A stretch of 32,000 bases of DNA from Candidatus Heimdallarchaeota archaeon (GTDB lineage Archaea; Asgardarchaeota; Heimdallarchaeia; Heimdallarchaeales; Kariarchaeaceae). The stretch is taken from positions 450,001 to 482,000 of the forward strand of contig JASBSB010000006.1 in the NCBI GenBank assembly GCA_030149205.1, in the 5' to 3' direction. The notes beneath the pieces were generated by a model. It saw only the letters and a program-made list of their open reading frames with translations. It made no database searches and had not been told where the DNA came from. Position numbers and translations under genes: made by a program. This document shows positions 25,873-32,000 of this stretch, piece after piece (position 1 is the stretch's first letter; each line of letters starts with the position of its first letter).

Positions 25873-27927
25873 GTGTTGGGATTTGATATCCTACCAATGT
25901 CGAAGCCGAACTCAGAACAATCAATCCGAATATCAGCCTTTTTACAACTTGAGGACGGTACCCAAAAACAGTGGGTAAATATCTCCAGACATAAACTTTT
26001 ACAAATTATCCATAAATACAAACCTCGGATTGTAGGAACCGACAATGTTCAAGAGATACTTTTGCGGAATGAATCTATGGCAAGGTTCCATAGAAAACTC
26101 CCCACCAACACTAATATAGCACAAGCAAACATTACCAGAACAGGAAAACCCATAGAAATTAAATCTTTGTTCAAACGGTACAACATAAAATCAAATGGAA
26201 AAGCATCACCACTTGAAACCGCAAGAGGGATTGTAGAATTAATTAACAAAGATATAGGAATGATTATCGATGTTTACGAAGATGAGACACTAGTTAAAAT
26301 CTCGCAACCCAGACGAACAAGTAAAGGAGGATGGTCTCAATCTCGCTATGAAAGACAGAATGAAGAGGTGGTTCTTCATGCAGTAGATAAAGTCCAAGAT
26401 AAGCTTAGATTGAATGATGTAATCTTTGATGCGAACATAGCTAAAACAAAATACGGAGCAAAAAACGCAGTCTTTCATACTTTTCTACCCAGAGAGAAGA
26501 TTTTAAAAATCTTTAAAGGAGTTAATTTAAAACCTGCGAAGGTTAAATTTATTTCTCCTGCTAGAAGAACCCCTAAACTGAAACCACTTAATTCTGATAT
26601 TAATATCAAACACGTCAGTTATCAAAGAAGAATAATTGTTGGTATTGATCCAGGAACAACAGTGGGTGGAGCGGTTATGGACTTACGAGGAAAGGTCTTA
26701 GGTACCTTCAGTCGGAGAGAAATGACCAAAGCAGAGATAATTTATGAAGTAACAGATTACGGAATACCGGTAGCATTCTGCTCAGATGTATCCCCAATTC
26801 CAAATTTAGTTTCCAAGCTTGCTGCAACGTTCGATGCTGAACTTTACTCACCAAAAGTTTTACTTTCTAAAGTTGACAAGCGTGACTTAACCAAAGACTA
26901 TCCAGACTTAAGAAACAACCATGAGATGGATGCATTATCTGCTGCGATAAAGGCATACAACCTTCTAAAACCTAAATTAGATAAAGTCGAAAGTTCACAC
27001 CTCAAAAACCATGAAAAGGATATCGCTAAAGCCTTGGTAATCCGAGGAATGACGGTAGCTGACGCTATTGATGCAGCCAAGACCAGAGAAAAAAGAGAGT
27101 CTTCAGAACAAGAAAAACCAATTACACAAGAGTCAGACATTAATCAGGCCCTTCAGAATCGCATTGACAATCTTCTAAAATATCTTGCTCAATCTGAATC
27201 AACTCTTGGCTATCTACGTGGGAAAATTGGAGAGTTAGAAAATAGCTTGGAAACTCAACAAAGCATAAACTTTAGACTTGTTAAAAAAATTGATGACTTA
27301 AGGGACGCCAATATTTTAAAGGCTTTAAAGGACGATCTGGTTTCTGAAAAGATCAGAGAAATAAACAGTCTCAGAAAGTTATTAGCCCAAAAAAATCAGA
27401 GAGAGCAGAATATGAAATCACTCATAACTGAGTTACGTAAATCACTCTGGATTAGCCTACAAGAGGGAAAATACCCTATAAAAATATTAAGTAAATTTTC
27501 TGCTAATGAGATAGCTAAACTCGAGAGAGATTATTCCATAAAAGAAGGTGATATTTTATTAATCCTAGATTCCTCTGGAGGAGGAAGGTTGACAGCTATC
27601 CAACTAGCTGAATACAAGCCAAGAATTGTATTTTTAAATATGGATAATTTGTCACCAGAAGCACAGAGTGTATTTTCTAATTATGAGATCCCAATAATAT
27701 CAGCCGAGGGTTATAACATACAAATATTAGATACAATTGCTTTAATTCATCCTGATGATTTAAATCGATCCATCAACAACTACAACAGGATTCATCAAAA
27801 GAAGAAGATTCAAGAACAAAGATCCAAACTGATGGGTGCCATAAATGACTATAGATATGAAAGAAGCAGGTTCTTTAGCTCGATTCAACGAGATTATGAT
27901 GATCATGAGACTGAGAATGAGGTTTAA
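25873..27927 (+). CDS. DUF460 domain-containing protein (RNase H-like folds plus coiled coil)
   Basis: LGFDIL, GTDNVQEI, GGWSQSRYER, IVGIDPGTTVG, DVSPIP..V.KLA and NNHEMDALSAAIKAY motifs, a long coiled coil and a C-terminal alpha/beta domain. Confidence 0.87.
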   Translation: MLGFDILPMSKPNSEQSIRISAFLQLEDGTQKQWVNISRHKLLQIIHKYKPRIVGTDNVQEILLRNESMARFHRKLPTNTNIAQANITRTGKPIEIKSLFKRYNIKSNGKASPLETARGIVELINKDIGMIIDVYEDETLVKISQPRRTSKGGWSQSRYERQNEEVVLHAVDKVQDKLRLNDVIFDANIAKTKYGAKNAVFHTFLPREKILKIFKGVNLKPAKVKFISPARRTPKLKPLNSDINIKHVSYQRRIIVGIDPGTTVGGAVMDLRGKVLGTFSRREMTKAEIIYEVTDYGIPVAFCSDVSPIPNLVSKLAATFDAELYSPKVLLSKVDKRDLTKDYPDLRNNHEMDALSAAIKAYNLLKPKLDKVESSHLKNHEKDIAKALVIRGMTVADAIDAAKTREKRESSEQEKPITQESDINQALQNRIDNLLKYLAQSESTLGYLRGKIGELENSLETQQSINFRLVKKIDDLRDANILKALKDDLVSEKIREINSLRKLLAQKNQREQNMKSLITELRKSLWISLQEGKYPIKILSKFSANEIAKLERDYSIKEGDILLILDSSGGGRLTAIQLAEYKPRIVFLNMDNLSPEAQSVFSNYEIPIISAEGYNIQILDTIALIHPDDLNRSINNYNRIHQKKKIQEQRSKLMGAINDYRYERSRFFSSIQRDYDDHETENEV

Positions 27928-27980
27928 ATAAAAAGACAATAGAAAGAAAATAATCTTAGCTTTGTAGGAATGAATTTGTT

Positions 27981-28760
27981 TTGGGTATACTAGATCTTTT
28001 TTTATCTGATATTTTCATAGATTTAGCTTTAGGATACGGAGTTCTTATTCTGATTTATGGATATTATTTTGTATTTGTAGAAAGAAAAATCAGTTCATTT
28101 GTAAGATTTAACCTCTCCTCAAATGCCTTCTTAAGCGGGATGGGGGCCTACCTTGTTAATTTATTAGCCTTGCAGCTTCTTAGAAACTTATTTCAAATAA
28201 ACATTATAACCTTAGAAAATGGATTGATTGGTTTTATTTATATCATAATTATAGCTATACAAGAGGAACTTCTGAAATTTTCTGTTCTGTTAGTATCTTT
28301 GAAAGTCACTAAGTTTAAATTCAGTAAGATAGGGCTAAACAATGTTTTTGGAATAGGTGTAATTGCTGGATTAGGGTATCAATTTCTTGAAGTACTAGTT
28401 AAAATCACAATCTTCTCTAATTCAACCTTGCCGTTGGGAACTTTCCTCTTATTCTTTGTTAACAACGAATTGTTAGCTTTTTCAAGCCATCCCCTTCTAA
28501 CAGGTTTAAGTTTGTTTTATTACACAAAGATTTTACAGGACAAAAGGTCCCCACTTCGGTCATTACACAATATATTTCTGATACCTATGGCAATTCATTC
28601 GTTAACTAATTTTCTTGAGATTTTTATAGAGAGAATTAAGGTTCCATATTCTGAATTTATCTTTTTACCATTTCTAGGGTTTGTTCTATACAAGGCGATA
28701 TTAGTGATCGAAACTATAAAACTACTCCCCAAAGAATCGACTGGTGAGGTTCATGGCTAA
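27981..28760 (+). CDS. PrsW-family intramembrane metalloprotease
   Basis: Multi-TM protein with QEELLKF, GLGYQFLE, SSHPLLTG and AIHSLTN catalytic motifs. Confidence 0.8.
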   Translation: MGILDLFLSDIFIDLALGYGVLILIYGYYFVFVERKISSFVRFNLSSNAFLSGMGAYLVNLLALQLLRNLFQINIITLENGLIGFIYIIIIAIQEELLKFSVLLVSLKVTKFKFSKIGLNNVFGIGVIAGLGYQFLEVLVKITIFSNSTLPLGTFLLFFVNNELLAFSSHPLLTGLSLFYYTKILQDKRSPLRSLHNIFLIPMAIHSLTNFLEIFIERIKVPYSEFIFLPFLGFVLYKAILVIETIKLLPKESTGEVHG

Positions 28761-28770
28761 TCCTTACAGA

Positions 28771-30066
28771 TTACCATCCAGCTTCTTTGAAGACCCCTTT
28801 TATTAATGATAACACCTGTACAAATTTATCAAACACTGAAAAAAAGAATTCTCGATATCTATAAGAGAATACTGCACAAGTAATAAAAAATAAAATGATA
28901 GCTATGGTCAGATCAAATGGACTCAATACAGTACCAATTATTACTATCCACCAAATGAGAACATACATAAGATATCTTGATGAAAATTTATAATCAAGAC
29001 GAACTACAAAAATAAGTGCAAGAATATAAAATATGAAAGGGATTAATCCGAAACTAAAATTATAGCTGCCACTATAACTTGAGTTGAAGTTTGGGAAGTT
29101 CAGCAATGCTGCAACATAGAACCCTATAAAAGATAATTCCAGGAAAAAGTTTGGTTTTTCTAGATATCTTATCCCTCTCTGTTCCTTAATATACCCTTTT
29201 GTGAAAAATCCATAGTATTTGTTTTCTCTGTTGATTAAAAACTTAAAAACTAGATAAGGAACAAGCCATGTAAAAAATAAGAAATAACTTTTCTCCCAAT
29301 AAAAATTAGCCTCATACAAATCACCATAGTACGGAAAAGCCCCAAGAAAAAGAAAGAGTCTTAATCCAAATAATCTTAAATATTGGACAAAATAATTACT
29401 CAAAATTAAATTGAGCAGAAACATGAAGACAGTGCCCTCATATATGTTAAGGAAATAGTTTCTTGTTTTAAAAACCACTCGATCAATCTGATTACTCTTA
29501 TTCTTAGAAACCAATAAGAATTCATATAACAAAGTGACAACTAGTAAAAACGCGACTCCAAATATAGTAAGAGTTCCATTATACCCATATGGAGTGAATA
29601 TTCCTATACTAACGAATAAGGTCATAAAATAAGCATAAGAGAAAAATGCGATAAAAATATAACTACTAATTCTGTTATCTTTTGATATTTTAGATAAGAG
29701 GAATTGTGGATTCAATGCATGATCTTGTAGTCCATTGCTATTTTCACCTTCAAAAATTTTTTGAGAGTATAATTCCTCTTCTAACTCATAGGATTTTGCC
29801 ATGGATTCAGGGGTGCCGTACCTAGAAAGTACTGCTTTCAACTCATCCATCGTGAGTTTTGTAGACTTATTTAGTTCTGCCAGATCGGAGAGAATTAGAT
29901 TTTCAACATCTGAAACTATAGAATAGACATCTTTGTGTCCGATCTTGAAGAGTTCAACTCCAAGAGTATTCAGGAAACTATTGAGATACTCCGCTGAGTC
30001 TGCTGCCATGGGAATATTTTGTGAAGTTGCACCATTTCTTGACGTATCAGTATTTTTCATGTTCAT
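28771..30066 (-). CDS. Polytopic membrane protein with an N-terminal HAAS (DUF1700-like) helical domain
   Basis: EYLNSFLNTL...IVSDVENLI...VLSRYGTPESMAKSY matches the 'YL..L...E...H.....LG.P..lA..Y' pattern; many TM segments follow; GGTGA SD; directly downstream of PadR. Confidence 0.72.
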   Translation of the reverse strand: MNMKNTDTSRNGATSQNIPMAADSAEYLNSFLNTLGVELFKIGHKDVYSIVSDVENLILSDLAELNKSTKLTMDELKAVLSRYGTPESMAKSYELEEELYSQKIFEGENSNGLQDHALNPQFLLSKISKDNRISSYIFIAFFSYAYFMTLFVSIGIFTPYGYNGTLTIFGVAFLLVVTLLYEFLLVSKNKSNQIDRVVFKTRNYFLNIYEGTVFMFLLNLILSNYFVQYLRLFGLRLFLFLGAFPYYGDLYEANFYWEKSYFLFFTWLVPYLVFKFLINRENKYYGFFTKGYIKEQRGIRYLEKPNFFLELSFIGFYVAALLNFPNFNSSYSGSYNFSFGLIPFIFYILALIFVVRLDYKFSSRYLMYVLIWWIVIIGTVLSPFDLTIAIILFFITCAVFSYRYREFFFSVFDKFVQVLSLIKGVFKEAGW

Positions 30067-30070
30067 GATA

Positions 30071-30442
30071 TCACCTTAACATTGATTTGAAATCAGATTC
30101 AAATGTTGACAATACTTGAACCAGATCATTCTGCATCTGTTTCATTAGATCCCAGCTTGATTCTGAGGGATATATTGTTTTTCTGACTCGATTGTTTTCG
30201 ATTTCGTTTTTAATTTTTACAAATCCCTGTTCTTCAAGTCTATTTATCGCAGAATAGATGGTGGGGAGAGGAGGAGTGTACTCTCCCCAATGGTTATGTA
30301 ACTGCTTATAAACAAAATAAGCATGTGGTTTTTCAGGTGAGAATGATGCAAGATACAATATTGCAAGCTCCACTAAAGCACCCCTTAGTCTTCCATTCCA
30401 AGACGTGAGATAGGATTGCACCTGTTCATCATTCTCACCCAT
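30071..30442 (-). CDS. PadR-family transcriptional regulator
   Basis: LRGALVELAILYL, HAYFVYKQL, PTIYSAINRLEEQGFV, RVRKTIY. Confidence 0.88.
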   Translation of the reverse strand: MGENDEQVQSYLTSWNGRLRGALVELAILYLASFSPEKPHAYFVYKQLHNHWGEYTPPLPTIYSAINRLEEQGFVKIKNEIENNRVRKTIYPSESSWDLMKQMQNDLVQVLSTFESDFKSMLR

Positions 30443-30478
30443 GAATCAATAATTATATTCACATATTTAAATATTATA

Positions 30479-30517
30479 TATATCATAATATACAAATGAG
30501 CAATATATTATGATATA
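30479..30517. promoter_or_regulatory. Perfect 14-bp inverted repeat, candidate PadR operator
   Basis: TATATCATAATATA (30479-30492) + CAAATGAGCAA + TATATTATGATATA (30504-30517), just upstream of the palindromic TATA-like ATATTTAAATAT (30463-30474) that precedes the PadR ATG. Confidence 0.6.
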
Positions 30518-30640
30518 GCTAATTACTTTCTCTTTTAATTTATAGACTATTTGGCTAAACAACCTGGGCTGAACGGAGAAAATATCCGTAATTAGACAAA
30601 ATATTTAAGTTCAAAGAGGATGGAAATGATTTAGCTGTCA

Positions 30641-30648
30641 TTTAAGAA
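30641..30648 (+). promoter_or_regulatory. Candidate TATA box of the tRNA-Pro gene
   Basis: TTTAAGAA about 25 nt upstream of tRNA position 1. Confidence 0.4.
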
Positions 30649-30703
30649 TAACAGCAATAAATAACGGACGGGTAGTCTAGCTTGGTATGATGCTGGGTTT
30701 GGG

Positions 30704-30717
30704 TAACAAATCAAAAC
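30704..30717 (+). other. tRNA intron 1 (14 nt, canonical 37/38)
   Basis: TAACAAATCAAAAC. Intron CAAA pairs with tRNA 32-35 (TTTG) as the 4-bp central helix, with 3-nt bulges GG^T and AC^A. Confidence 0.88.
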
Positions 30718-30739
30718 ACCCAGTGGTCGGGGGTTCGAA

Positions 30740-30769
30740 ACAAAGAGAACTGGCTTCTTTTTGAGAAAT
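30740..30769 (+). other. tRNA intron 2 (30 nt, non-canonical T-loop 59/60)
   Basis: 9-bp hairpin CAAAGAGAA/TTCTTTTTG (one G-U) with a 5-nt loop; central helix TTCG/AGAA (3 WC pairs plus G.A); bulges AA^A and AT^T. Excision restores TTCGAAT. Confidence 0.85.
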
Positions 30770-30814
30770 TCCCTCTCCGTCCATAAATTTTCTTTTTTAA
30801 TATACCTTCTGAAT

Positions 30815-30994
30815 TTAATACGATGTTGCTTCTACTTTTTGTTCGCTTGAATTAGGAACCCAAAGTTCATCTTTTAAAAGATCTCGAATTGCTACACGGA
30901 TAGCTTCAGATCGTGTTGGATACTTCTGTTGTCTGACAAGTTCGTCAAGACCATAAAGAAATTCATTGGGCAAATACACTGTTACAAGTTTCAT
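30815..30994 (-). CDS. Ribbon-helix-helix (CopG/Arc/MetJ) regulator, CdrS-like
   Basis: MKLVTVYLPNEFLYGLDELVRQQKYPTRSEAIRVAIRDLLKDELW. AGGAG lies 7 nt before this ATG, so the start is placed at 30994. Confidence 0.88.
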   Translation of the reverse strand: MKLVTVYLPNEFLYGLDELVRQQKYPTRSEAIRVAIRDLLKDELWVPNSSEQKVEATSY

Positions 30995-31069
30995 AAAATA
31001 ACTCCTAAGCACTAAAAGTGGAATTAATTATTAAAGTTGGGGGAATACTAAAGTAATATTATGGTAATT

Positions 31070-31780
31070 TCACACATATTTTTGTACAAACGCAGCAATT
31101 GATTGATCATTATCATCTAAATATGTCCTTAGGATGTTTTTGACCTTTTCTGTATCACTGAAGAGGTTATTGTCTAAGATATATCCTAAGACCTTTACGA
31201 CCTGCATTTGAACTTTATCAACCTGATTTGTTCCCAAAACCTCCAATGTATGAATTGTTTGATCTATCTGATCTGGACTCAGGGCATTCTTGTTCTTAAG
31301 CCAATTCAAGGGATCTTTTCCAAACAGAGCTTCTTGAATGAAAGCAGTTGACCAGGATGCAACCACCCTCTGCTGTAGTTCAGGTGATTTCATTTCTTCA
31401 TCTGAGTAAACCTCCTCTGTAACCTCTTCAAGGCTTTCTGGGGCTTCAGATGGTTTTAAAACCTCAGAGTTTATATCAGTATCTCCTATGGTGTTAATTG
31501 ACCCCTGCTCTTTTCCTTCCTCAAGGAAGTCATCCATCCATACAGGTCGAACTGGGGCTTCAAAATCCACAGCATCACCTACCTGCCTATGAACGGTCGG
31601 AGTCCTGATTTTGACGGATTCATGACATTCCTCACAAAAGAAATAAACCATTGTTTGTCCATGTTCTGTAGTCTCCTTGTGCATCCATTTTACTTGTGGA
31701 GAACCACATTTGTCACAAGAATCAATTTCAACTTCATCCTCAAGTAATCTTCCAAACACATCATCAGACATTGTTTTCAT
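31070..31780 (-). CDS. Hypothetical protein: N-terminal C4 zinc ribbon, acidic linker, helical C-terminal domain
   Basis: CDKC-x23-CEEC, an E/D-rich middle region and HEAT-like terminal helices. Confidence 0.75.
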   Translation of the reverse strand: MKTMSDDVFGRLLEDEVEIDSCDKCGSPQVKWMHKETTEHGQTMVYFFCEECHESVKIRTPTVHRQVGDAVDFEAPVRPVWMDDFLEEGKEQGSINTIGDTDINSEVLKPSEAPESLEEVTEEVYSDEEMKSPELQQRVVASWSTAFIQEALFGKDPLNWLKNKNALSPDQIDQTIHTLEVLGTNQVDKVQMQVVKVLGYILDNNLFSDTEKVKNILRTYLDDNDQSIAAFVQKYV

Positions 31781-32000
31781 AATAGCTGTTGCCTAAATGA
31801 ATAAAAAGGTAACACATTTCTACATCAATTTCGGATAATTTTCTTCCTTCATTCAACATTTGAAAAGTGAATCAAAAAGGGATTTAGAAAATACAAAATA
31901 CGGTTAATATACAGCCCTTCATGGTGGGGAGGACGATTGTTTATTTTTTGTAAATTCATGAGACCAACAATTTCAAGTGCCAAATATCTGTATCTAACAT

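Larger units (their letters stand above)
30666..30783 (+). tRNA. tRNA-Pro: tRNA-Pro(TGG) with two introns (30704-30717 at 37/38; 30740-30769 at 59/60); CCA not encoded
   Basis: Acceptor GGACGGG/TCCGTCC + A73, D arm GTCT/TGAT, anticodon stem CTGGG/CCCAG with loop TT-TGG-G^A, T stem GGGGG/CCCTC with loop TTCGAA^T. Both inserts fold into BHB-type motifs. Confidence 0.93.

Noticed and set aside
22530-27140. ORFs 22530-22943, 24540-24839, 25573-25803, 25836-26045, 26049-26249, 26290-26478 and 26898-27140
   Set aside because: Antisense overlaps of MinD/uDENN-like, methyltransferase, RIO2 and DUF460 genes; no motifs.
30739-30768. Alternative placement of intron 2 at 58/59
   Set aside because: That register gives no BHB central helix, whereas 59/60 gives correct bulges and a canonical TTCGAAT loop.
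30740-30815. tRNA 3' end as an integration (att) site for a mobile element
   Set aside because: No duplicate of the tRNA 3' end, integrase or transposase was seen in the window, and the flanking genes look chromosomal.
31781-32000. Possible gene end or start at the right edge (minus-strand frame ending ...FLIHFSNVE*; plus-strand MRPTISS...)
   Set aside because: Truncated by the window; neither frame has recognisable motifs.
1-32000. CRISPR arrays, rRNA, IS elements, prophage genes
   Set aside because: No regularly spaced repeats, rRNA-like segments, transposases, terminal repeats or viral hallmark genes were recognised by eye.

Overview
AT-rich, densely coding archaeal window. Archaeal origin is shown by aCPSF1/FttA, RIO2, DUF460, EndoQ, GGTGA-type Shine-Dalgarno sites and a tRNA with bulge-helix-bulge (BHB) introns. 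The LRR, uDENN/longin-like, EMC3/TMCO1-like, HEAT and C-terminally anchored surface proteins suggest an Asgard (Heimdallarchaeia-like) genome; this is inference, not a database result. Gene order: partial gene; minus-strand block (Tag glycosylase, FbpABC/PotA-like ABC transporter, EMC3/TMCO1-like insertase, ArsB/NhaD permease, tandem-USP protein); two hypothetical proteins, an alpha/beta hydrolase, a HEAT protein, a PIG-L deacetylase, a surface glycoprotein and a degenerate alpha/beta hydrolase; P-type ATPase, aCPSF1, LRR protein, EndoQ; MinD/ParA plus a uDENN-like partner; tandem wHTH-methyltransferase-RIO2-DUF460-PrsW; HAAS-like membrane protein-PadR; tRNA-Pro(TGG); RHH regulator; Zn-ribbon protein. 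No IS, integrase, CRISPR array or rRNA was seen. Top observations: (1) a P2-like P-type ATPase with intact catalytic motifs but a rewired membrane site (PEGL to PINI, TM6 Asp to His); (2) a tRNA-Pro(TGG) missed by the ORF track with two BHB introns (37/38 and non-canonical 59/60); (3) a uDENN/longin-like-wHTH protein closely linked to a MinD/ParA ATPase with Arg at the signature Lys; (4) a GGWSQ release-factor-like loop in DUF460 next to RIO2; (5) a PadR-HAAS unit with a perfect 14-bp inverted repeat, next to a PrsW protease. All family calls come from motif recognition by eye.
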